Shown here in pieces: positions 11,189 through 23,100 of a stretch of 35,033 bases of DNA. Origin of the DNA: Dimargaris cristalligena (Eukaryota); contig ML002384.1 in assembly GCA_003614675.1 (NCBI GenBank), positions 1 to 35,033 of the forward strand. Reading direction: 5' to 3'. Position numbers and translations under genes: made by a program. The notes beneath the pieces were generated by a model, which saw only the letters and a program-made list of their open reading frames with translations, made no database searches and was not told where the DNA came from. Each line of letters starts with the position of its first letter. The first letter of the stretch is position 1.

Positions 11189-12180
11189 ATGTACGCCGGC
11201 CTACTCAAGGAGCACCAGAACAAGCAAGCGGCCCTACGCAAGGACAACGGTAGGTTCCCTATTGAGAACACATGTCCCCATTGTCAGGACCCCTATGCCT
11301 TGTATTCATCCGCTTTCGGTTCAGCTTCACTTACAGTCGTATGTCAACCTTTCTTGAATAGAACGAGCGTGGGCCGAGGCAACCGACTCCGTTAAAGAGC
11401 TCTCCAGCGTGGTGACCGACCAGGTCCAGCTAAAGTAAGCCATTCTCTTGTACTAACGCGCCACCCATCCCATGGTGCCCGTTGTCCATCCGTGTGATTT
11501 ACCTTGATTTCGCTTTTTTGGCCCTGCGCCTACAAGATGTGGGTTATTATGACCTTCTGACCAACCGACATGTATCTACCCCTCCCCCGCTATGTCATTA
11601 TTACGTGTTTCAGAACGGCACAAATCCTACGTAACCAAAAGGAACTTGAAAAAGAAGCCGCGGAGTTGTCCACCCAAGTATCCAAGTACACGCAACAGGC
11701 TGGGCAATGGCTCAAGGCCGTACAACGTTATAACGACGCCCTAAAGGTATGACGGCAGATCCGCCGCACCACCTAGCCTCGCATTATCAGCCCTTGATCG
11801 ATATTCCCATCGACTCTTAGATTTAATCAGCCCCCCCAACTCCACAATTCCACACCCCTAGGGTATACTAATATTATCGTTTCTTTTACCCCAATCTAAA
11901 CCCCGACCTTGGTCGCTATCGCTAGGAATTGGGTGACGTGCAGTCATGGGCAGAAACCATTGAACGGGACATGCTAGATGTGGCAGCCACTCTCGAATTC
12001 GTCCACCAAGGTAAGCCAACCATCCCCCCCCCTCCGAGTCTATCCCGAGTTGAGATGGATGCTAGCTAGGATATGCCATAGGTTTACGACACTAATTAAT
12101 GGCTAACCATTATAATCAATGTATTCTGCCTGACTTTAGGTATCGAGGGATACGAAGATACCCGTGAAAATATCCAATAA
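11189..12180 (+). CDS. BLOC1S1: BLOC-1/BORC subunit 1 (BLOS1/GCN5L1), about 130 aa, 5 exons
   Basis: Exons 11189-11249, 11362-11434, 11614-11746, 11926-12010, 12140-12180. Motifs MYAGLLKEHQNKQ, NQKELEKEA, QWLKAVQRYNDALKELGDVQSWAETIERDMLDVAATLEFV. Confidence 0.93.
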
Positions 12181-12445
12181 TTCAGCCACTAATCAACTAG
12201 CATATCTCGACCTCTGGTCGTTTCCCAGGAAACTGTACAGCCAACTGATGTTAGCTAGTGAACATGTACCATAATAAATATATCGGTCGATGAGATTACT
12301 TATCGCTTGTAGTGTATATAATCACATACGGTGACCAAAAACTGCAGTTGAATTTATTACGGGTGGTTTGATATCGTTTAATTCGGGTTATTTAATACCA
12401 AGGGTATCGTTTCTCTACTGGCATTGCTACGAGTGTAGGGTGATT

Positions 12446-12936
12446 CTAACCCCGATTATCTTCCTCTTCTTGGAGTTTCCGGGAATATTTGGTCATGGCC
12501 TCCACCAGCTCCTCGGGCTTCATCCGGGTGGCGTTGAACTGCATGTCTTTGCCGTCACGGAACACGATCTGAACGGAAGGCACGGTGTTGATATCCTCGG
12601 GGGTTTTCACATCGAGTTTGCACTTGGGGTTGCTGGCCAGGTTGTCGTTGGTAAGAATCCGGTTAAGGAAAAGCCTGAGGTACAGCACCAGCGCATTATA
12701 AGATGCCAGAAATAATACATAAATAGAGCGAAGAGGAGCTGTTAATAACGTGGTTTCTCTGGTTGGGGTAGGGGTGAATGAGGAGGGGGTCGGAGAATTG
12801 ACCTATATGTAACCTAACAAAGACCCGTTTTGGTACAAGACTTCGCATGGGAACGAGGCAATCCTTACTTAGCAGAACCAGCGGCCTCTCCGTACGGCGT
12901 GAAGGTAACCTTGACCTGATTGACGAATTTGAGCAT
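12446..12936 (-). CDS. MRPL44: Mitochondrial large ribosomal subunit protein mL53 (yeast MRPL44), 98 aa, 2 exons
   Basis: Exons 12936-12869 (MLKFVNQVKVTFTPYGEAAGSAK) and 12674-12446 (LFLNRI..PSVQIVFRDGK..KYSRKLQEEE). Size and motifs match fungal L44/mL53. Confidence 0.88.
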
Positions 12937-13650
12937 TGCGTTCGAAGTATCCGGTGGAGCGATCTAGAGAAAGGGGGAATCTGAAAAGGGCCGAAAGGGG
13001 AATCTGGAGTCAATGAAGAGGAAATTGGATCGAGCTGATTCACATTAGAGTACTGCTGGACTAACCTAATAAGCGGCTGTTAAAGCGTGTTAATTGAACC
13101 CAATGTGCAGACCAACCGAATGCGCTTGAGATTCCCTAAGCAGGCTGGCTACCTAGTCCCACCGCCCACCAGTCCCTAGAGCCTGCCTACTGTCCACATA
13201 ACTTCAAGTATTTCAATAGTATCGGTGGAAATGATACTGACTCCATCGTAAAGTAAAGCACCCATGACCATCCTTCTCTGGATCCGGTTCCCGCAGCCCA
13301 AATAAGCGCCAAAGAGGTCTTCACGATATTTACGAAACATAGTAGTGACGTTTGCCCTATAAATCGAATTAGCTGTGGTGGGTTGACAGACGGATAACTA
13401 ACTAACATAAAATGAAAAGTTTAACATAATGAGAGGGCATAAATTTATTTACATTTTTACTCGACAACAATTCGATACTTGTCGGCCCATTACAATACTT
13501 CGTTAAATGGAAACCTGCCGAAACTCTTAAATGGGTGATGCAAAATCGTATAAATATACCAATAATATATAAATGAGATTGCAACGCATGGCAAAGTAAC
13601 CTATTCTATTTTTTTAAAGGGGTAGTGGGGACATGCCGGCTTGGCGGCGA

Positions 13651-15165
13651 TTATCCGTAATACAGGCGCTGACCTGGCACCACGCTAAGAATGAGCATGG
13701 TAATTAAGGTCATGAAGAACACCCAACCCAGTTGAATAGCGGCAGTCCGGAGGTGATATCGGCGCACCCGCTTATCACTCATACGGAAGCACCTAAACGG
13801 GAGTGCCTCGTAAAGACCCAGCACGGCAAACTCAAACGCGCATTGGCCCAGTCCGGAAATAATCCACCACCAGCCCACGAATACCAGCGGAAGCGTCACC
13901 AGGCGCTCGAGCCGCGGCGACCGGTCGGTGAAAATGTACCAAAGGGCCAAGGTTAGCCCGGCAGCCAGCAGAAAACCCCCGACGACCAGTCGAAGCAGGG
14001 CGTGGGGGCGGGACAGGTTTTGGGTGGTCACTTCAGTTAGAAACAGGGAGTAGTAGCGGTGGTTGAGAATGGTGAACACGTAATCCTTAGTATCGCTGAA
14101 CAGGTGGGGGGCATGGAGACCCTGCTGGTCCACCGTGCGAAAGAGTCGGGTGCGTAGGGCTTCGGGAAAGAGAACCCCCATTTGGGTGAGCTCGAGGTAG
14201 CCGCAGGCGGACTGGGTAGGGGAGCCTTGGCCAAGCCGCTCGGAAAGGTGGCTGGCGGAGCCCGGTTCCTGTTCCATGAATTTCCGAATAATGTGAAGGG
14301 CACTGTGTTCCACCGAGCTGGGCTCGACCCAATGGCCATCAGCGGCGGCCGAGTTGCGCATGGAGGGGCTGTTGAGGTAGTCGCGGCCCTCCAGATTTTC
14401 TTTGCCACCGTAACTGCCCTGCTTGACCAGCGGGGAAAGGGGCTGGTGGGTATACTGCTCCGGGTCCGTGTGTGGGGTCCCGAAATTGAAAGGCCGCATA
14501 GGTCCGTCACGGGTACCAATGACGAGATGGTCGATGCGGGCCGCCCCGGTAGGTCCCTGCGGACCGTTGGAGTCACCCCCCTGAGTCGTTAGTACCATAT
14601 CGTGCTGCAAGTGGCCGTAGGAGGTTTCGTTAAGCATGGATTGCGTCCCGCTTAGCCGAACGGAGTGTCGAGTCATTTGGGCCTGGTTGTTCAGCGGGGC
14701 CTGGGACATGGGCCGCTGGAATACGGCAGGAGGACTCCGGGGCTGCTGGTTAATAAATTGGGACTGGTTAAGGTACTGGCTGAAGTAGCTCTGGCGGTTA
14801 TCGGGAACCGACATAATTTCCCCGCCGGAGAGCAGCCCCTCGTGGTAGGAAACGGCCTTCCAGAACTGGATAAGGCGGCGGCCTTCGTCGAAGCGCTGCA
14901 CATAGTTGTAAAAGTCCTGCAGAGAGATGGGGGTGCGGGACTTGCGCTGGAGTACCTGTTCCAGAGTGGGCAGCCCACTCTGCAGGTTATGGTCCATGAC
15001 ATGCTTCCATTTTTCGGGTGTCAGCCCCTGGACCGAAAATGGGGTATCTTTGGAAGGTCGGGGCCGCTGGGATGCATTAGTCCGGCAGCTGGCACTTCGG
15101 GCCAGAATTTCCCGGGAGGAGAAATAATTCCGCGACTGGAGCTCAACGTTTGGCTCAGTATCCAT
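13651..15165 (-). CDS. RAX1: Rax1-like polarity/bud-site protein (split RGS-like domain plus 3 C-terminal TM helices), 504 aa, intronless
   Basis: LPTLEQVLQRKSRTPISLQDFYNYV..LIQFWKAVSYHE resembles the Rax1 N-terminal motif. Later PHLFSDTKDYVF..YYSLFL..NL, three TM segments, and a C-terminal VPGQRL end. Confidence 0.85.
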   Translation of the reverse strand: MDTEPNVELQSRNYFSSREILARSASCRTNASQRPRPSKDTPFSVQGLTPEKWKHVMDHNLQSGLPTLEQVLQRKSRTPISLQDFYNYVQRFDEGRRLIQFWKAVSYHEGLLSGGEIMSVPDNRQSYFSQYLNQSQFINQQPRSPPAVFQRPMSQAPLNNQAQMTRHSVRLSGTQSMLNETSYGHLQHDMVLTTQGGDSNGPQGPTGAARIDHLVIGTRDGPMRPFNFGTPHTDPEQYTHQPLSPLVKQGSYGGKENLEGRDYLNSPSMRNSAAADGHWVEPSSVEHSALHIIRKFMEQEPGSASHLSERLGQGSPTQSACGYLELTQMGVLFPEALRTRLFRTVDQQGLHAPHLFSDTKDYVFTILNHRYYSLFLTEVTTQNLSRPHALLRLVVGGFLLAAGLTLALWYIFTDRSPRLERLVTLPLVFVGWWWIISGLGQCAFEFAVLGLYEALPFRCFRMSDKRVRRYHLRTAAIQLGWVFFMTLITMLILSVVPGQRLYYG

Positions 15166-17603
15166 CGCCGAAAAATGATTGTCACTAAACAGGGGGAGTG
15201 AATGAAAAAGGCCAACCCCAAAAGAGAACGAGGAAGACTAGCTGATAGGAATGAATAGTGGATTGCCAAAGAATGGTCAATTATTGTCGTTAAATAGAGT
15301 GAAGAAGTTGGCTAAAAGTGCCAGGCCGGGTGGTAGCTATAAAGTTGGCCAAATAAACCTCGAGTATATAATTTTTAGGTACAAGGCTGGGACAGCGAGC
15401 TTCAGTAAATTCACCCAAGTACTCGAAACTTGACTAAAGGGCCAGAAATACGGCAGCCGGAAGGCTATATCGCAATGGTTCAAAAGGAATAAAGGGGTAT
15501 ATATTTGAATGGGGTATCAATGCAATATTGTATTTCTAAAACGGCTTGGAGCACAATAAGTCATAAAAAGTGGAATAAAAGGTGAAAGACAAGGGCGCGG
15601 AGGCGTTGGGTGGTGAAATAGGTGGGTAGGAATAGGAGAAGAGTGAATAACTCACACAAACGAGAAAAGCGGTCAAGGAGGGACGGGTGGTCGATAAACG
15701 GAGAGGCCGCGCACGCATTTCAAGAAGAACGAAGTTGGTATTATTCGCCCCAACATGAAATATAATTAGAAGTGTTTCGTGGGCGACCCAGCGTGAGCAA
15801 AGGATAGTAGAGAAAGGAGAAAAGAGAGTATGTGTGGAAGTATACAACGAAGACGCCGGATTGATAGGGTGCAACGGGCTGAGTTGACTACTGCCACATT
15901 GGTAGTATAGCGGTGGTCGTGAATTCACAGTGTGCCTTGGGGCTGTTCCTGTCCTACTTGGCGAGAAGACAGGGACGGCGAAAGAAGACAAGGGGGAGGA
16001 AAGCAAAAGAACAACCGGCAATGGATATTATTTAGGGATGCAGCAGCTTATAGTATGTAATTAGGTGGACAAAGGAACAAGGGCGTAAATATTAAAGAAG
16101 GTTCGGTTAAAACAGGTGGCCGGAAGCAGGAACAGGGCGCCATTAAATAGACGACCAAATTATCGAAGGGGTGAAAGGGAAGGCACTAATCAATGAGGGG
16201 GCCAAAGAACAAAGAGAAAGGAAAGGGACCAACAGGGAAAAGCGATAGGGGGCCTGGTTCTTTTTGCTCGCGTTAAGAGGGAGGAAAGGGGGCAATCGCG
16301 AGCAAAAAGGAATAGTGATGTAATTGCAGTTAGAAAGCTTTGGGTCTAGCTTTGAAATATAGCCAATATCGGTTAAAGGGGAACGAACGGGAGGTAGTCG
16401 TCGTATAACGAATATAAGGTGACGGGTGCGGAGAATTGGAGAAGTCGAAGTCGAAATTGGAAAATACCCGGATTACGACGAGCTTTGATGCCTTTTGGAA
16501 AGGGTGGGACCAGCCGTCTCAACTTGTCCGACGGGCTTGCGTAGTAACTACTGCGATGGACAGGCCCATTAACCGCCGTGACAAGCCGGTGCCGCATAGG
16601 GTATCATCCGTTCTACCCTTGCCCCACACACCTTTAACCAGCTCGTTGTGAGCAGTGGTCCCTTGAGGATAATCCAAACAGTGATTACTTCTAAGCCCTT
16701 CCGTTGAATGGAAACGTTGGGTGTCACCCTGTTCCCTGAAAGCGGTCAAGAATCACCACTGGACAGCGCAGGGGGCTGGTGATGCTCCGGCGGATTCCCT
16801 TTCTGTATCGCCAGTCAATATTACCCATCTCGGTGGATTAGCCCGCTAGGTCAAATGGAGCCAAGGATTATCCTCCCCGCTTAGCATGTTATTTATACCG
16901 CACATCCCGGCCATCCCCCTATAGATTTCAAGAAACTTTGCCCGCGTCCTAGAGGCTTTGGTTGGGGAATAGAGTAAATTTAGGTGGGTGGGCCGGGTGA
17001 TCTCTGCAACTTGGGCCGCTTGCCACTTTCCTATTGAACTTCATCGGGATATCAACCTATAATCTGGATCGACTAATGCGACAGTAACGCCGCCCTGAGG
17101 CACCAGTGAGGTGAGGTTTGTAGACCTTTAGATAGCCCCGAATCGGTGACAGTGAAGTCCAGCAAATGAAATAATAGGTGGACTAGGGTAATCTTGCGAA
17201 AATCGGTGATATAAATACAGCAAGTTCACTGTTCTTTTTTATTCACGAAAGGGTGTGGTGTGGGTCTGTATTTAGACCTTTGATGATGAATCGGCATCAT
17301 CTAAAAGTAAAAGACCAGCTAGTATAGACAGGGGTTCTCCGACAATACGAGGTTATAAATGGAGAAATAGATACAGGGGATACGGGTGGCAAGTCACATT
17401 AATGGGCATGGCGATTAAGAAAAGATGGGGGCGAAGGTTTGCTGGCACCCAAGAATAAAACAGGCAGACATGCGAGAGGGTAAAGTTGAAATGCAGAATG
17501 CAAATAGGATTATAGCGGGAAGATACGCCCTGGCGAGAGACGGTATCACAATGCAAGCCGGGTTTGGGGCTTCGGAAATAATAAGGCAGGGTAACAAGGT
17601 GAA

Positions 17604-19061
17604 TCATCGCCTATCTATAATGGCCTTCAGGCGCTGGTTTTCTTGGATTAGTTTAAATATAGTTTGGCGGAGCTCGTCCACCGAGGCGGATTCGCCGCCG
17701 AGGCAATGGGCTGCGTCGGAGCAGTCCATTTGAATTCCGGTTATGGATGGGGAAGTAGTAGGAACCGCCGTGTCGAAAGTATGGTGGCATTCCATGCCCT
17801 TTTCGGCGGATGCAGAGGATGGAAGCATAGGCGACGAATGGGTTGACTCGTCGGGGCCATTATCTAAATGCAATGGCTCCCGAGTGGGAGGGGCTGGCGG
17901 CGGTTCAAAAACCTTCTTCTTCCACCAGTAGACAGGGAAATGGCGCTGGATGTTATTAAATACCAATGCCACACCTAGCATGATGACCACGCCCAAAATA
18001 ACGGGAACGGCGATGTAGAGAAAGCCCAGGTCGTAGATTTCGGAACCACCCGAGACAGCAATTAGTGCCGTCGCGCCGCCTGGGGGGTGAACGCAGTCGA
18101 GAATCTGCATGATAACAATAGATCCCGACACGGCAAGAGCACAGCTGAGCCATCGAATCTTGTCGTGATCTTCGGTAGCGGCGTTAAAAATGGTATTAAC
18201 GACGACCCCCCAAATTGCCGATGAGATATGGCCCAAAACTAGAAGTACGGGTAAATAGGGGGTGTAGATGTAGGTCAGTTGAGAGAGCGGAGCATCAGGG
18301 AGTGACAGGATAGTCAGACAGTGGGAGGATGTGACGTGCCGCACAAAGTAAGACACATTATTTGGGAAGAGGGGGCCAGCTGTAGGTTATTGGCCATGGA
18401 TTAATCTAATGAGGCTACTGGAGAGGAGATTTACCTAGATTGCGGGGCTGGGACAACGGAGCTTCGACGGAACCGTAGATCAGAACGGCCGAAGCCCCCT
18501 GGGTACCGATACGGGTGGAATTGTAAATAGAAGAAGAAGAAGAAGTAGCCACAAGTTAGTATGTAAATGGACCATGTCACTGACAGGGGGTCGAAACCCA
18601 TCACCATCGCCCTTTCTAGACAAAGGGCTAAATATAGAACTCTGGCAGCTCTACCCGCCAATTGCAAATTAAGCGGCTATTCTCAAGAGTCGCCGGGAAA
18701 TCCACGCCCAGGCGGAGACTGTTATTAGACAAGGTTATCGGAAAGACGGAGGACTTACAAATGAACCGATGATTAGGGGGATATCATGGGCGCGGAAGTA
18801 GCTGGGTAGGTAAGTGGGCATGGAGAGCGTGGCAATGGCAATGAACGAGGCGATGAAAGACCACACACAGACCAAGAAGTTGTTGGGCGGGGTAGGCGGA
18901 CAGGGGTGATTGTGACGGCCAAACCAGCGCATAATGTAGTCCTGGTAGTAGGTCATGCGAACGGGGGGCTGGCCAGTGGGGCTCTCAACGGCAGGTGTGG
19001 TGCCAATGAGGGAGCCCCGAAAGGCCCGTAGGAAGCGTTCGACGGTGGGGCGGTTCACCAT
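17604..19061 (-). CDS. HPP-family integral membrane protein, about 333 aa, 3 exons
   Basis: Exons 19061-18759, 18498-18435, 18238-17604 give IIGSFGASAVLIYGSVEAPLSQPRNLVLGH...VHPPGGATALIAV...NNIQRHFPVYWW, the canonical HPP-family motifs. Short C-terminal coiled coil. Confidence 0.92.
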
Positions 19062-19960
19062 GACGACGCCACTATGCTGGAAATTGGGGGAAAAGCCGAC
19101 TGGGGAAAGAGTGAATAAATAACTTTATGGAATAAAGGAAATAAGGTATAGTCTACAAGACGGGGGTGAGCTCAGTAGTTGACTAATGCCAACAGAAGGG
19201 ACCACTTTGCTTCCCTTCCTGTAGGCTAATGGGCCTGCTGTGGCATTGAGAGGAGGGGAAAACCAGTTAGCACTACGCGGGTGAGGGAGTGAGTCCATGA
19301 AAAAAACAGAGTTGCTCTTGTCTGCTTGCTTACTCTAGCCCATAGGCGACCTGTAAAGGAGAGGAAGATTGCCATTGTACTGGCTCATTTAGCCGGTATT
19401 ATAATTAGGCGGCTGGGCCAGTGAGCGTGAGTCCACAACACTACTTAAGGGTGAAGGCCATGGCTTATAAATCAATAATACAAGTGCGTAGCTAACTGGA
19501 CGGCCCAATAATAGAAGAAGACAGCCCTGTAACTATGTGCTTATCTATTGGTGGAGCTGGGTATGAAGAGGGGAGATAAGCAGAGGAGGAGGCCATGTAC
19601 TAGATAGATATATATGGGGTGGCGGCTCCAAGCCTAATCTCCACCGGCCTATATATACTAAGAAACCGGAGGCGGACTCCGAAGGGCTCCTAACTAATCT
19701 AACAGCACTTTAATGGAATGCAATATAATGAAGTGGACCGGCTTGTACTATAGGCATAAAACCCAGTCAGCCTTAGCTTACCCATGCAGCAGATATACTA
19801 AAGTTAGTTCCACGTCGCTGGGTCGATTATATCATTATTATATTAATTAGGCATAGGAAAGGAGAGGCGCTAACACATGCTAGCCAACCAATGGGAACAT
19901 ACCGACCTACCACCAATGGAAGCTAGGGTACCTTAATAAGGCAATGGCCCATTTGTAGCT

Positions 19961-20026
<66 letters not shown>
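19961..20026. repeat. Compound (TA)n(TG)n microsatellite
   Basis: About 22 TA units followed by about 7 TG units, seen directly. Confidence 0.95.
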
Positions 20027-20484
20027 AGGTGGTTGTTACTGTTGGTAGTGGGAATGGTGGTGTCGACCGGGTAACCCAGTAATCTAAGTGATTGATTGAT
20101 TAATTCTCTGGGACAGGCCCACGTCTCTCAATTAGTCTCTTTGCGGTACTTTAGCCCAGGACAGGCTTTCCAGATATAAGCAAAGTAAAGGAAAAGATAG
20201 AGAGGGTAAGTGGGTATATTCCCATTAAATTGGAGTAAAAGGAGCCAATGGCAGGAGAAATAGATAAAAAACCATTAGCGAGGCAAGTCACACCCCAGCT
20301 CAGCCTACACTTGGTTTCCCACCCAGTGCCGTCACGGTCAGATAAAACACTCCACCCTAAAGCTTTATAAGACACGCACTCTTCCTCTATAGTCTCTACC
20401 TTTTTTTAGCACTCCTCCACTTATTCTATTCCAAGTGTTTCCATATACATACATCTCTACTTGTTTTACCTTAATATTCCCCCC

Positions 20485-21966
20485 ATGGCCACCCAGTGCT
20501 CAGACGACACCTCCACCCTCTACGCAACGGCCCGCGACTGCCTGGCCTGGCTCAGTCAGGGCAACTACCGCCGGGTGCTGGACCAAGCCAGCGACATTTT
20601 GGCCCAGCGGATCCACTATCTCGGCGACCCCGCTCTGCTTGCCACTTCCCCCTCCTCTGCCGCCCAGCTCGACTCGCTTTTCCAATGGCAGAACGACGAT
20701 GCCTTCGCCCACCTGCGCCGAACCCCCCTTCCGCCCACCAACTCCGGCTTTCCGCTCTTCAAACGAGTCGACCCGTCCACGCTGCTGGCCGCCATTGCTT
20801 TCGCCCAGACTCCCTCCAATACCTACGCCGTGGTCCTGATCCGCGAAGAAGAGGCCTGGAAGTACCACAACTTGTGCCAATTCGGCCACGATATGCAGGC
20901 CCCACAGGAAGGGTGGTGTCCCATCGTGGCCGAGGCCGAGGCCGCCTTTAGTCGCCGCATAGTGGTAAGCTGAATATATTTACAGTCTTATTTCCAATTC
21001 CCACTAGAAGGATAGGTACCCTTTTTTCCTTAGCCGGGTTTCGTAATTTCCCTGGCCAGAGGGAACTTGTATGGTCTAGTCCGATGCTCAAACCCCAGTG
21101 CGAGTCAGTCAGTAGTAGTAGTGATAATGGGCGAGAGGAATCCTCTGGCCCATCGTACCGGGCCTTTTGGTGAAACCTTGCCACTCTGTCTTACTATACA
21201 ATACCCCCTTTGCTATTATTGGCCTACTAACCACCACATCCTCCCCCTCTCTAACCCCTTCCTCCCCAATGTACAATATCCGCCCCAGGCTCCCACTACA
21301 ATCAATGATCTCGACGAAGCCAGTGAGGATGATGCTGCCGACGACGATGACGACTACTGGAACCAGTACGAAAGCAAGGCGGCCACCCCCGCCCCTCGGT
21401 CCTCCAAACTGGCTCGTGACCCATCATCCAACTGCCTTTCGGCCGCCGAGGATAGTTACTGGGCCCAGTATGACACCAAATCCCCCGCTCCCGAGCCCCC
21501 CTCCTCCAAACCGACCCCTGCAGTCGAGTCTCTTTCGATCGAAGATGCATCCTTCCCCGACACTGCTTCCACTGAGCCCCTTCTACTTGAATCTCAAGAC
21601 CGCAGCCTACCACCCCGGGTCATTACGTCCGCCCTAACCCTTACCCCCGACGCTGTCAGTCCCATCGAATTATTCAACCGGCTCAAGACACTAAGCGAGT
21701 CCGAAGACGAACTAGACCGCCATGCCGTCAGCGGCCCGGAACGGGATACCCCTAGTTCCACCAGCGATTTGGACCCCGCGGATTCGCCCTCGCTTAACTC
21801 CCAGCTGGCCAGTAGTACCACTCAAGGCAACGCCTGCACCAGCCAACCCCATAGCGAACATATCCTCAGCGCTCTTCAGTCCTTACACGCCCTCTCTCGC
21901 TCCCTCGGGCTTTCCTCCGACGCTTTCGTTCAACTTGCCAAAGAGGCCGCCAAGTCTCTGCCATGA
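20485..21966 (+). CDS. Uncharacterised protein, about 385 aa, 2 exons
   Basis: ATG at 20485; exon 1 to 20964 (GTAAGC donor); CTAAC branch near 21251; CAG acceptor; exon 2 21289-21966 in frame. Strong C-ending codon bias. Folded-looking N-domain (YAVVLIREEEAWKYHNL), acidic DDDYWNQY and EDSYWAQY motifs, helical C-terminus. Confidence 0.8.
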
Positions 21967-23100
21967 TCTAGGACAATAGGCCCCTTACTCCACTAGGGAT
22001 TGATTCCCAATGACTACTGCGGTTTGTTACATTACCTCCTAAATATTAGGCCAGTTGTGAGTCGACATGACATGATACCCAGGGTCACAAGTACTACCCT
22101 CTCAAGCATTTGCAGCAGTTCAACAGCAGATGCGACCTCTCCCCCCCCGGCTGCTCTACGGAATAACCAGTTGCTTATGTTCCGAGCCTTCTCCCCCACT
22201 ACCGCCACCACACCAGCCATCCCTTCTGGAATGTCTTTTACAACACCTGATCAGAACGCCCGTGTCAATTAGTTTGTATTTCTATATCATCCGGTGCGTT
22301 TTTTGTTTACTCCATGTTTTTATTCCGCGATTCGTAACAGCAATACTTCATCAAATCGTTCCATAAATATATAAGCATCCTTCTTTTCTAGTTCTACTCA
22401 CATCAGCCCAGCCTGCTGAGTCATTTAGTAGATACCACCATGCCCATCAATTTCGACCATTAGCACCCATAATTATTTTAATAAATTGATTATAAAACAG
22501 ATATAATAAGGACCTAGAGAAATGGGGGTGCTAACTGTATACTATTTTAATGGCAGCAATGTGACTTGTACTGAGTGCCAAATCAGGTGACCGGTGGATC
22601 CCTTGCATTGAATAGGGTGTTGAATGACTCGATGGGCTTTTCAGCCACTTTATGGCTGTTGAGCCTGTGACTTTATAAGGCTCATCAATTGACTCATGGC
22701 TGTAATCGCACCAACTTGGCAATTCAAAGGGATTAATGAATGAGCCCATATTTCCAATATACTAAAGCCCACCGGTAAAACCGTCATCGGACTAAGTTTA
22801 TTCAAATCCAATTGTATACCTAATGGGAATCTATTAGGTAAACTAACTGATCACAGTATTCGGAACAGTGGTATTCTCAAAATAAGGAAGAGGAAATAAA
22901 TGCCCGTAGCCCGCTCTATGATAGAGTTGCCTAACTAATGTACGGGCCCATGGAGAGGGATGGCTTATTCAAACCGGAAACAGCGGGGAAAGACGAAAAT
23001 AAAATACTTTGGCAACGTAATGGGCCCATTTAATGTTTTCTACTGCTAAACTGACAAACTAATACATTGGTTGATGTGACGAGAAACGCAGTGAACTCGA

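Noticed and set aside
15536..16021. 161-aa minus-strand ORF upstream of RAX1
   Set aside because: TTG start, composition driven by a pyrimidine-rich leader, no family motifs.
22000..22366. Short ORFs downstream of the uncharacterised gene
   Set aside because: Low-complexity peptides and no convincing splice link to the gene; probably 3' UTR.
22522..22590. Mini-frame with CxxC (TCTECQIR) followed by TGA, a possible selenoprotein or zinc-finger exon
   Set aside because: Multiple further stops in frame, no SECIS-like structure identified, no family context.
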